DNA from: a virus
Lineage: Duplodnaviria; Caudoviricetes
IMG/VR virus record: IMGVR_UViG_3300049740_002155
Reading direction: 5' to 3' (one strand)
Length of the DNA stretch: 64,000 nt
In this document: positions 31,300-40,516 of the stretch, piece after piece
Layout: each line of letters begins with the position of its first letter
Numbering within the stretch: the stretch's first letter is position 1
Translations under genes and position numbers: made by a program
Notes under the pieces: model-generated
What the model saw: the letters and a program-made list of their open reading frames with translations, nothing else
The model's database searches: none
What the model was told of the DNA's origin: nothing

Positions 31300-33889
31300 A
31301 GAAACATACATAAAAGTAACAAGACATAATCCCGAAAAACCGGTTGTGGTTTATTCGGGTAGTATGATACAACAAAACCACGGGGAGTTGCCTTCTGGCC
31401 ATGGTTATGTTTTATGGGATTTGAAAAATAGAACACACCAACAATATGATGTACATAATGAATATGGTTATTATACGGTTACGGTTCGTGATGGAAAGTG
31501 TGTTAGTGATTTATCTAAACTACCAAATAAAGCAAGATTGCGTGTCAAGGTGTACAATACAACCGCAACTGAGACAAAGGAGATTATTGCAGAAATACGA
31601 AAGCAAACTAGTATAACGGATTTAAATGTTACACGATGTGATGCAATTTCCGAAGCAAAAAAATTTGATCGTGACAACAAATTTGATTTCGGTGACATAT
31701 CTCTTGCACAGATTCAAAATGATTTAATTGAAGATTATCTAACTCGTAATTTTGTGGTTGATGAAGAGCAAATAAAAACTGCTCTTGACATTAATAAAGA
31801 AGTAAATGAAAAGTTGGTAATTAAAGAGATACTTAAAAACTGTATTTGGAAACCAAAGAAGTTTGAGTTTGGAAATATGTTTAGTTACGGCGATGGAAAT
31901 GTAATTGACTTTTCTAATATGAAAAGTGTTATGGGGTTGTTTGCTTCTAATGCAAGTGGTAAAAGTAGTGTAATGAGTGCATTGAGTTTTTGTTTATTTG
32001 ATAAGTGTGACCGTGCGTTCAAGGCCTCACACGTATTGAATACACAAACGGATAATTTTTATTGTAAACTTAATTTTGAAATATCCAATATAAATTATTA
32101 TATTGAAAGAACTGCATCCACAAAAAAGAATGGAGATGTTACCGTTGTTGTAGATTTTTGGAAACTAGACGAAGATGGTCAGACCATTTCATTAAACGGT
32201 GAACAAAGAGCAGGAACAAACGCACTTATTCGTGATCATGTAGGTTCTTATGATGACTTTGTATTAACTACTTTGAGTTTACAAAATAACAATGCGATTT
32301 TCATAGATAAAAGTCAGAGTGAAAGAAAAGACTTGCTTGCTCAATTTATGGGAATTGATATATTTGATCAATTGCACTCTACTGCATCTGAAGATATAAA
32401 AGAAATAAATGCATTATTAAAAAGATTTAATCGTGAAAATTTTGATGAAACATTGGTAGAGGTAACAGAAAAACTAAGCAGTATATCAGAACAATATTCA
32501 GAGCAGGAAAGTAAAACTAATGTTGCACTACTAGAGCAAAAACGCATTAACAAAATTCTCTCAGATAAAAGTTCTAAATTTAAAAATTGTTCGTTTGATG
32601 AAGATAGTTCCGACATAGATAATTTGGAATTTAATAAAAAGAACTTAGAAGATAGACTTGTGGTTGCAGAAGAACAAAGAGATGTAGAATCTGCACGAAA
32701 AAAAGAACTTGTAAATAAACGAGGAGACTTATCAAAAAGAATTTCTGAGTTATCTGATGTAGAAGAAAATTATGTAAAGGTTCTTAAAATAAGAGAAGAG
32801 GTTGTAATTGTTGATAAAGACTTAGCAGTTTTGAGAACTTCGGTTAATGCAAAACTTGATAAATTAAAACATTATGATGATCACGAATATGATCCGAAAT
32901 GTTCATATTGTGTAAACAACTCTAAAAACTTAATTGAAAGTGCAGAGCAAACCAAACAAGAACTTGACAAAGATAAAGCAGCCGCAGACGAACTTGTAAA
33001 ACAAAAAGCAGTATATACAGAACAATTAAGTGAATTTGAGAATGTAGAAGATGAATATGAAGAATTAAAAGATTTGAACAACACTTTCACACAAACTTCA
33101 TTTGAAATCAACGAAGCAGATTCAAAAGTTCTTGCTTTATCTAGTATGATAGAGTCACTTGAAAAGGATATAGTAATTAATAACAAGAACATTGATTCAT
33201 ACCATGAGTGTAAAGACATAATTGAATTTAATAAAAAACTACAAGTCGAGGTAGATGCTCTTCAAGATAAGTTATTGTCTGTAAACAAAATAGCAAATGA
33301 TGAAAGTGAAAAACTTCAAACTCTTTTTGGTGAGGTAAAAATTGTTGAAAAAGAACACGAAGATATTCTTGCATCAATAGAAGAAGCAAAAAGCTACGAA
33401 AGAAAAAAACGAGGATATGAACTTTATCTTGATGCTGTAAAACGAGATGGTATATCATATGAACTTATTTCTAAAACTATTCCAAGTATTGAAAGTGAAG
33501 TAAATAATATACTTTCTCAAATCGTTGATTTCGGTATGAATCTCGAAATGGACGGAAAACATATTTACTCAAAGATTACTTACGAGGATCGTCATTGGCC
33601 ATTAGAAATGTGCAGTGGCATGGAACGATTCATAAGCAGTATTGCTATGCGTGTAGCACTTATCAATGTAAGTAGTCTTCCTCGTTCTAATTTCCTTGTT
33701 ATTGATGAAGGGTGGGGTTCATTAGACGGAGACAATATCAGCAGTGTATTTAATCTATTTACATATCTAAAAGGTCAGTTTGAGTTCATACTTGTTATAA
33801 GTCATTTGGATGTTATGAGAGATATGGTAGACGAAATTGTAGAAATTCAAAAAGAAGGTTCATTTAGTAAGATAAATTACGGAGCATAA
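31289..33889 (+). CDS. gp46: Fusion of gp47 C-terminal part with gp46/SbcC/Rad50 ATPase
   Basis: N-terminal VVYSGSMIQQNHGE..HGYVLWD; Walker A NASGKSS; Zn hook CSYC; signature SGME; Walker B VIDEG..SLD; H-loop ISH. Confidence 0.92.
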   Translation: MEDKETYIKVTRHNPEKPVVVYSGSMIQQNHGELPSGHGYVLWDLKNRTHQQYDVHNEYGYYTVTVRDGKCVSDLSKLPNKARLRVKVYNTTATETKEIIAEIRKQTSITDLNVTRCDAISEAKKFDRDNKFDFGDISLAQIQNDLIEDYLTRNFVVDEEQIKTALDINKEVNEKLVIKEILKNCIWKPKKFEFGNMFSYGDGNVIDFSNMKSVMGLFASNASGKSSVMSALSFCLFDKCDRAFKASHVLNTQTDNFYCKLNFEISNINYYIERTASTKKNGDVTVVVDFWKLDEDGQTISLNGEQRAGTNALIRDHVGSYDDFVLTTLSLQNNNAIFIDKSQSERKDLLAQFMGIDIFDQLHSTASEDIKEINALLKRFNRENFDETLVEVTEKLSSISEQYSEQESKTNVALLEQKRINKILSDKSSKFKNCSFDEDSSDIDNLEFNKKNLEDRLVVAEEQRDVESARKKELVNKRGDLSKRISELSDVEENYVKVLKIREEVVIVDKDLAVLRTSVNAKLDKLKHYDDHEYDPKCSYCVNNSKNLIESAEQTKQELDKDKAAADELVKQKAVYTEQLSEFENVEDEYEELKDLNNTFTQTSFEINEADSKVLALSSMIESLEKDIVINNKNIDSYHECKDIIEFNKKLQVEVDALQDKLLSVNKIANDESEKLQTLFGEVKIVEKEHEDILASIEEAKSYERKKRGYELYLDAVKRDGISYELISKTIPSIESEVNNILSQIVDFGMNLEMDGKHIYSKITYEDRHWPLEMCSGMERFISSIAMRVALINVSSLPRSNFLVIDEGWGSLDGDNISSVFNLFTYLKGQFEFILVISHLDVMRDMVDEIVEIQKEGSFSKINYGA

Positions 33890-33932
33890 AACATATTTAG
33901 ATATATATTTATTATGTACCTAAAATGTATTT

Positions 33933-34976
33933 ATGGAAAATTCTGAAGAAAATCAAAAAGTCCAAGAAACCCTGATTAAAGCAGGATTGCGTAAAGGATA
34001 CTTTACACTTGTAGAGGGTGTATATGACCCTGGCATTTTAAAAGCAGTATTTCTAGCAGGTGGTCCTGGTTCTGGTAAATCTGCTACTGTTGATACATTA
34101 TTCAATTTTCCACCGGATGCAAGAAACTTATCACCAAGTGGATTAAAGATTGTTAATAGTGATCCTGCATTTGAGATATTACTAAAAAAAGCAGGATACG
34201 ATTTAAATCTTGCTAAAATGGACGACAAAACCTTTAGCAAAGTAACAAGCAATGATCCAAATAGTGTTCGTTCCCGTGCAAAGAAAATAATGCTTAAACA
34301 ATTTGAGTTATTTAAAGATGGTCGTTTGGGTGTTATCGTTGATGGAACTGGTGATGATTATGCTAAAATATCAAAGCAAAAAAAAGAACTTGAAAAACTA
34401 GGATACGATTGTTATATGGTGTTTGTAAACACAACATTAGATGTGGCACAACAAAGAAACGCAATGCGTAAAAGAAAACTTCCACGAAAAATAGTAAAAG
34501 ATATTTGGACAGATGTTCAAAAAAATCTTGGTAAGTTTCAAGGTTTGTTTAAAGCAAATTTTGTTATAGTAGATAATTCAGAAGATACTCGCAGTAAAAC
34601 AAAACCTGGTAGATTAGATTTAGTTCCACGACTTATGAAAGAAGTTGCAAGATTTATATCCAAACCAATTCGTAATCCACTTGGAAAAAAGTGGATTAAA
34701 ATGATGATGGCACATGATAGGGTGAGTAAGAGTGGTGATAAAAGAAATCGTATGAACGAAGAACTGGATATGGTTTCAATGGGAGATGTAGTTCTACCTA
34801 TGGATTTGGAAAGACATTTATCTCGTTCTATATTTGTAATTAAAAAATTTAAATTAAACGAAAGACGGAATCTTGCAATTATATCAAGACTGGTTGAAAG
34901 TTTAGAGTTGGATAGAAACCAACTTAATAAATACTTCCATCAAATTAGAACATTAAAGTTCAGAGGAGAAAAATGA
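33933..34976 (+). CDS. P-loop kinase (Pnk/zeta-toxin/AAA_33-like) with C-terminal extra module
   Basis: AVFLAGGPGSGKS, VNSD, VIVDGTG and lid QRNAMRKR. The domain starts after an LVE|G site. Confidence 0.8.
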   Translation: MENSEENQKVQETLIKAGLRKGYFTLVEGVYDPGILKAVFLAGGPGSGKSATVDTLFNFPPDARNLSPSGLKIVNSDPAFEILLKKAGYDLNLAKMDDKTFSKVTSNDPNSVRSRAKKIMLKQFELFKDGRLGVIVDGTGDDYAKISKQKKELEKLGYDCYMVFVNTTLDVAQQRNAMRKRKLPRKIVKDIWTDVQKNLGKFQGLFKANFVIVDNSEDTRSKTKPGRLDLVPRLMKEVARFISKPIRNPLGKKWIKMMMAHDRVSKSGDKRNRMNEELDMVSMGDVVLPMDLERHLSRSIFVIKKFKLNERRNLAIISRLVESLELDRNQLNKYFHQIRTLKFRGEK

Positions 34977-35326
34977 TGTTTGACAAAATACTTGATGAAT
35001 TGATACTTGAAGATAAGTTGGGTGAGACATGGAGACTTGAAATGGCTCCAAATCATGCACATTATAGTTTTTCTTCATCAAAAAGTGGAAATGAAAAGTG
35101 GGCAAAACAATTGGCAATGAAACTTTTAAAAAATGAAAAAGATGATTTTAAGTTCATTGGAATTTATAGTGAGGGTGAAACTGATCTTGGTCCAATCGTT
35201 GATGGATATATATTTCATTGCACACCTGAGTACCTTGATAAAGCACCTCATTTGCATCGTGAGAAAAAAAAGGCCTGCAAACAACACATTAAAACAGGAA
35301 AAATTATTGAATATTTTGAGGACTGA
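34973..35326 (+). CDS. Hypothetical protein
   Basis: 117-aa ORF overlapping the upstream stop; N-terminus FDKILDELILE. Confidence 0.7.
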   Translation: MMFDKILDELILEDKLGETWRLEMAPNHAHYSFSSSKSGNEKWAKQLAMKLLKNEKDDFKFIGIYSEGETDLGPIVDGYIFHCTPEYLDKAPHLHREKKKACKQHIKTGKIIEYFED

Positions 35327-35328
35327 TT

Positions 35329-35844
35329 ATGAGCATAAAAGAATACAAACGATACAAAGATGATCCGTTTTGGATGAAGTCAAAATATGATGGAGTTTCG
35401 GGTGAACAAAGACTACCTGTACAACGAAGACTTCGCAAGGGTGGCATTAAGTTTAAGAAAGGTGATGAAATACTTTATTATCCAAAAGGAAAAGTGATTT
35501 TAGTCGGAAAAGAAGCAGAGCAAGCATACCGTGATTTTCAGGCAGCTGCACAGGATGAAGATTTTTATATGTCGATGTACGAGGGCAAAACTATGAATGA
35601 AATTAAAATAACAAGTAAAGAATATAAACAAGCAATTGATTTTATGTCGGATATGCATTCCAGTATATTAAAAGCAAAAGACAAAGTTATAGCATTTCTT
35701 AAAAGAAAAGGATTTGATGAAATGGCAGATGAACTTTCTCCTATGTCTAAAATTGAATTTAAGAAGTTTGTTGAAAAACGAGTGTATGAGCAAAAAATTA
35801 GAAAACAAATTCGTACAATTCTTTCTGAAATATTAAAAAAGTGA
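35329..35844 (+). CDS. Hypothetical modular protein
   Basis: 171-aa ORF with several xxE sites; ends KIRKQIRTILSEILKK. Confidence 0.7.
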   Translation: MSIKEYKRYKDDPFWMKSKYDGVSGEQRLPVQRRLRKGGIKFKKGDEILYYPKGKVILVGKEAEQAYRDFQAAAQDEDFYMSMYEGKTMNEIKITSKEYKQAIDFMSDMHSSILKAKDKVIAFLKRKGFDEMADELSPMSKIEFKKFVEKRVYEQKIRKQIRTILSEILKK

Positions 35845-38348
35845 AAACTGAACTAAGAGAATTGCTTACTCAAAATTTAACTGAGTATGTTGTGAAAGAT
35901 GTATTGCAAGAAAATTCAATACGAAAAGTTATTGGAATATATCCTGGTAGATTTCAACCAGCAGGAGTGCATCACTATAAAACATACAAATGGTTGGATG
36001 GTAAGTTTGATAAAGCATATGTAGCAACTAGTGACAAAACGGATGCCACAAAAAGTCCATTGAATTTCAAGGAAAAGAAAATGGTATGGACAAAGCATGG
36101 AGTCCGGAATGTTACAAAAGTAAAAAATCCATATGTATGTGAAGAAATTTTAAAGAAGTATGATCCAAATACAACGGCAGTCGTTTATATTTTCGGAGAA
36201 AAAGATGCGGGTAGATTAAAAACAACCAAAGCAGATGGTTCTCCTGCGTATTATCAATCATATGAAAAAAATAAAAATGATTTGAAACCATACGGTGAAC
36301 ATGGATATTTTATTGTAGCACCACACGTAAGCATTAAGGTTTTAGGAAAAGAAGTTAGTGGTACTCGTATTCGTGATTTATTAGGAAGTCCTGAACACGA
36401 CAAAATGACAAAAATTCAAGCATTTGAAGAATTGTTTGGTTGGTATGATGAAAAAATATTCAAGTACCTTACAAAGAAATTCAGCACATTGTTTGAAAAT
36501 GAAGAGTTATTTGAAAGTTTTTTGCAGAACTATCCAAACTTTACAAAATCAATTTCAACTATATTGAATGAAGTAAGCACAATAGCCGCATCGGGTATTC
36601 TGTTGGTTGATGACGGTCCGGGTTCTTTTTTCCCAAACAAAGTTTACGAAACTGAAAGTGCGGAAAGAGTTCAGCAACTTGGGTATGATCTTTTAGATTA
36701 TGTAGTGGGTAAAAACGGAGTAGGTAGAAATGCAGATTATAGAATGTGGAAAGAATACGCAGGACCCGTACCGGCAGTATCTTTTTATCCTGCAGGTGTA
36801 ACAGACGAAATAACTGCAAATAATCAAATTTCAATAGAAAAATCAAAATCAGCACACGAACAATGGGTTGAGGTAATAGATTCTGTTGCTCAAACTTCTG
36901 GATATAAATTAGTAGACTTTATAGGTTCAGACGCATCTATACGAAAAGTAGATAGGTCCGGAGAAGAAAATGTAGACGGAAATACACTGGATGTTGATGT
37001 TGATGAAAAAGAAGATAAAATAGAAAAGGGTGTTGAAGGTCAAGTAATCAAAGAAAATCAACTTCTGACGGAAGGAGGTGCAGCGGGACATATGAGCCAT
37101 CCGTTTGATGATCGTGATTTAACGTTTGGTGATTTAAAGGAAATGATTCGTAGATCACTCGCCGGAGAACTAAATGTTGAAAAAGAAGTTACTGAAAAAC
37201 TTGATGGACAAAATTTAATGTTTTCTTGGAAAGATGGTGAGTTAGTGGCTGCAAGAAATCAAGGTCATTTAAAAAATGCAGGAGCAGCCGCACCCAATGT
37301 AAAAGAATTTTCAAGTATATTTGCTGATCGTCCTGAGAATATACGTGATGCATTTGTAAGTGCAGTTGAAGATTTGGAAACTGCTATATCTGGTCTTACG
37401 GATGCTCAGAAGAATAAAGTATTTCGTGAAGGTGAACGTTTTATGAATATAGAGGTAATGACACCTGCTACACAAAATGTTATTCCTCAAAATGCAGATA
37501 TGTTGGTATTCCACGGAACACAGGCATATGATTCCGCAGGAAAACCAGTTAGTGTAGATTCCGAAGGAAATGATATAACAGGTGAACTTAAAGATTCTGC
37601 AAGAATGCTTAAAGGTATGTTGAAACAAATAAATGCAGATGTTCAAAGTCGTTATTCATTGAATGCACCGATTGTGGTGGAACTTCCTAAAAGCAAAACA
37701 TTTGGAGATTCTTATGCAAAGTATTCTGCTAAAATAGATAAACTGAAAAATAAATTTAGATTAAAAGACAACGACAAAGTAATGAAGTATCATGATTCTT
37801 GGTGGAGAGATTTACTGAACAAACAACAAACAAAAACTAAAGAGATATTTCCATCAAACGTATACGAAGCACTTATTGGTCGTTGGGCATATAATGATAA
37901 GTCTAACAAAATTACTACAATTAAAAAAGACTTATCTGATCACCCAAAGTTACTTGCGTGGGTCACTAAGTTTGAAAAAGAAGATATTACAAAACAATTT
38001 GAAGAAAATATGTGGCCATTTCAATTCATCTTTTTGAAATTGGGTGCGGAAGTATTAAAGAATGTAAAAGGATTTGTTGCGGCCGGTGGAAGTGATGATA
38101 TTGCAAAAGCACTAGATGTTCATGTTAAAACATTAGAATCAAAAAAGATTGGTTCTGTTGAATCACCTGATAAGTTTAAGAAAGACATGGAGAAGTTAAA
38201 TAAAAATCTCAATCGTCTTAATTCTATTGGTGGAAGCAACGCAATCGCACCAACAGAAGGTGTTGTATTTCAATATAAAGGTGGAACATATAAACTTACA
38301 GGTACATTTGCTCCTATAAATCAAATTATGGGTATAATGAGATTTTAA
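35841..38348 (+). CDS. Multidomain protein: HIGH-type nucleotidyltransferase, unknown module and ATP-dependent RNA-ligase-like domain
   Basis: YPGRFQPAGVHH...SGTRIR (cytidyltransferase-like); VDDGP module; TEKLDGQN...NIEV...EGVVF...YKLTG (ligase motifs I, III, IV, V). Confidence 0.75.
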   Translation: MKTELRELLTQNLTEYVVKDVLQENSIRKVIGIYPGRFQPAGVHHYKTYKWLDGKFDKAYVATSDKTDATKSPLNFKEKKMVWTKHGVRNVTKVKNPYVCEEILKKYDPNTTAVVYIFGEKDAGRLKTTKADGSPAYYQSYEKNKNDLKPYGEHGYFIVAPHVSIKVLGKEVSGTRIRDLLGSPEHDKMTKIQAFEELFGWYDEKIFKYLTKKFSTLFENEELFESFLQNYPNFTKSISTILNEVSTIAASGILLVDDGPGSFFPNKVYETESAERVQQLGYDLLDYVVGKNGVGRNADYRMWKEYAGPVPAVSFYPAGVTDEITANNQISIEKSKSAHEQWVEVIDSVAQTSGYKLVDFIGSDASIRKVDRSGEENVDGNTLDVDVDEKEDKIEKGVEGQVIKENQLLTEGGAAGHMSHPFDDRDLTFGDLKEMIRRSLAGELNVEKEVTEKLDGQNLMFSWKDGELVAARNQGHLKNAGAAAPNVKEFSSIFADRPENIRDAFVSAVEDLETAISGLTDAQKNKVFREGERFMNIEVMTPATQNVIPQNADMLVFHGTQAYDSAGKPVSVDSEGNDITGELKDSARMLKGMLKQINADVQSRYSLNAPIVVELPKSKTFGDSYAKYSAKIDKLKNKFRLKDNDKVMKYHDSWWRDLLNKQQTKTKEIFPSNVYEALIGRWAYNDKSNKITTIKKDLSDHPKLLAWVTKFEKEDITKQFEENMWPFQFIFLKLGAEVLKNVKGFVAAGGSDDIAKALDVHVKTLESKKIGSVESPDKFKKDMEKLNKNLNRLNSIGGSNAIAPTEGVVFQYKGGTYKLTGTFAPINQIMGIMRF

Positions 38349-38350
38349 TC

Positions 38351-39388
38351 ATGGAAGAGAAAAAACTTTCAATTGCAGCCAGAAGAAAACTATCAAGAGC
38401 AGCCAAACGAACTGCTAAAAAACGTTTACTTAAAAAAAAGTTATTGGCAAAACGAATGAAAACACCTGAAAAGTTAAAAGCATCTGCACAAAAGGCTGCC
38501 AAGAATGTTCTTGTAAAAAAAATTACAGGAGGGAAGTCGTATTCAGATTTAAGTATTACTCAAAAACAGACAATTGATAATAAACTAAAACCAGCAATAA
38601 TCGCAAAGGTCGCCAGAAAGATGTTACCAAAAATAAAAGCAAAAGAAAAAGAACGACTCAAACGAGTTAGAGCAAATACAAATACGGTGCAGGAAAATAA
38701 ACACGGAGTTTTGACTTTAAAAGTAAATGGATCACATCCAGAAGTATCTGCACATTATGAAGATGGGAAACTAAAACCATATATCTTTAAAACAAGAGAA
38801 GACGCAAAAAAACATTGTAAGAAAGTTGGAGGAAAACCATTTGAGTCATTTGAAACTGGTAGGTTCTATGTAGAGTTTACAAAAATAGACGGACCAATAA
38901 ATGAAAAATCTGTGTCAAAATCTCAACAAAGATTATTTGGAATGGTTCACGCATATAACAAAGGTGAGTTAAAAAAGTCTGATGTGGATGGTGGTTTATA
39001 TTCTAAGATTAAAAAAATAGCAAACGGAATGACAAAAAAGGATACAAAGAAAATGGCAAAAACTGATCACGATGATTTACCTGAAAAAGTTCCAACGAAT
39101 GAAAGTAAAGAAAACCAAGAAAATTTAAAAGATTTAAAAGCAATACTCGATGTTGCTAAAATGCTAAGTGATAAAAGTCCATATTTTAAAGGTCGTGGTA
39201 GCAAAAAAGAATATATTAAAATGCTTGTTCACAAAATACAAAAGTTGTCCGAGTCAAAAAAGCAAAAGTTATTAACCAAGATGGACGCATATAAAAAAGT
39301 TCGTAAAACAACTATGCCAAAAAGTATTCCTATGAAAAACAAAAAGGCATATGACAGAAAAGACTTTAAACGAGGTAAATATGATTAA
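38351..39388 (+). CDS. Very basic modular protein (probable internal head/DNA-binding protein)
   Basis: K/R-rich N-terminal module and an SVSKSQQRLFGMVHA module, separated by VQE/INE/TNE/LSE sites. Confidence 0.7.
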   Translation: MEEKKLSIAARRKLSRAAKRTAKKRLLKKKLLAKRMKTPEKLKASAQKAAKNVLVKKITGGKSYSDLSITQKQTIDNKLKPAIIAKVARKMLPKIKAKEKERLKRVRANTNTVQENKHGVLTLKVNGSHPEVSAHYEDGKLKPYIFKTREDAKKHCKKVGGKPFESFETGRFYVEFTKIDGPINEKSVSKSQQRLFGMVHAYNKGELKKSDVDGGLYSKIKKIANGMTKKDTKKMAKTDHDDLPEKVPTNESKENQENLKDLKAILDVAKMLSDKSPYFKGRGSKKEYIKMLVHKIQKLSESKKQKLLTKMDAYKKVRKTTMPKSIPMKNKKAYDRKDFKRGKYD

Positions 39389-39782
39389 GTTAAATGGAAA
39401 CATTTATCTAAAGGCAAACGAATTAGAAAAATATATAAACGAAGTTGCAAAACGATTTAAAACTTCGCACCGTGCAATATTACCCCAACAAATTACATAT
39501 CTTGATAAAGAATTTGTTGATAGTATAAAAGAAGAAGAGAAAAACTTGTGTTTATCTATTGTCTTTTTATATGGGTATGGAGAGGATCATGCTCCTTTAA
39601 AAAAAATAATACAAGGAATACACGACAGATTTAGAAAAGAAAATGAGTGTTGTGAAAAATTATACTTTATGCAATACGACTTAACAGATACTCAACGTAA
39701 GAAATATAGAACTCAATACGAGAACTTTTTAATAAATGTTTTTTTGAATGAGTGTATTAGAAAATTAGAAATACTATCATAG
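39381..39782 (+). CDS. Hypothetical protein
   Basis: ATG at 39381 after a GAGGT RBS, within track ORF 39351..39782. Confidence 0.65.
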   Translation: MIKLNGNIYLKANELEKYINEVAKRFKTSHRAILPQQITYLDKEFVDSIKEEEKNLCLSIVFLYGYGEDHAPLKKIIQGIHDRFRKENECCEKLYFMQYDLTDTQRKKYRTQYENFLINVFLNECIRKLEILS

Positions 39783-39785
39783 TAT

Positions 39786-39814
39786 TTGACAAAAAATAAA
39801 AAATATGGAATAAT
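39786..39814 (+). promoter_or_regulatory. Putative sigma70-type promoter
   Basis: TTGACA-17bp-AATAAT with an extended TG, upstream of 39823. Confidence 0.55.
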
Positions 39815-39822
39815 AATAGGTT

Positions 39823-40449
39823 ATGGCAAAAATGGATAAAGATGACTTGAAGTATGTGATAAAAAGATCACGTAAATTGTTTAAAGGTGAAGAACTTCCC
39901 AAAGTACATGGATACGAGGGAGAGGTTGAGGAACTTGTAATCCGACAACCAGGTGAAGTTTGGACAGATAAAGCTGGAAAAGAATGGAAACAAGTTGGTT
40001 CTAATTCAAAGGTTAGAACAGAAACTTTAATGGATAAGGTCCGAAAGTCTTTAAGAGAAGCACCGAATTGTCCTAAGAAAATGTGTACGGTTGATCCAAC
40101 TAAAAACCTAGACAAAAGAATGCTTGCTATGAAAGGTATGTGTTTTGATTGTGTTCAAGAATACGAACAAAAACTAAAGGATGAAGGTAAGTACGAAGCA
40201 TATGAAAAAAAGACTATGCTTGAAAATGAACTTAGTTTTCTGTTAGACACCAAAACAAAATTGGTGGAATCAAAAGAGCATATTACAAACGATCCCGAGT
40301 TTTTAAATGAAGATGGTTCACTTGAGCAGTGGAATCTTCCAAATAAACAGCAAGTTATGGGTGATTTGGAAAAAGATTTAGAAGAACTTGAAAATCGTTT
40401 AAAAGAAGTTGAAGAGAATTTAGAAGAATATGTGGATATGACTTTTTAA
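39823..40449 (+). CDS. Zn-finger/coiled-coil protein upstream of terminase
   Basis: CPKKMC...CFDC motif followed by a coiled coil. Confidence 0.7.
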   Translation: MAKMDKDDLKYVIKRSRKLFKGEELPKVHGYEGEVEELVIRQPGEVWTDKAGKEWKQVGSNSKVRTETLMDKVRKSLREAPNCPKKMCTVDPTKNLDKRMLAMKGMCFDCVQEYEQKLKDEGKYEAYEKKTMLENELSFLLDTKTKLVESKEHITNDPEFLNEDGSLEQWNLPNKQQVMGDLEKDLEELENRLKEVEENLEEYVDMTF

Positions 40450-40478
40450 AAGTTTCAAGGTATCCTTGAAACTTTTTT
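40448..40478 (+). terminator. Rho-independent terminator
   Basis: AAAAGTTTCAAGG-TAT-CCTTGAAACTTTT followed by a T-tract. Confidence 0.8.
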
Positions 40479-40516
40479 ATATTATAGAAAATTAAATACA
40501 TATATATTTATTCTTA

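Noticed and set aside
30295-31330. Split intein or self-splicing intron at the gp47 break (C-part contains ...VTRHN)
   Set aside because: The residue after HN is Pro rather than Cys/Ser/Thr, the N-side extension is only about 25 aa with no Cys/Ser-initiated intein block, and no group I/II structure or endonuclease/RT ORF is evident.
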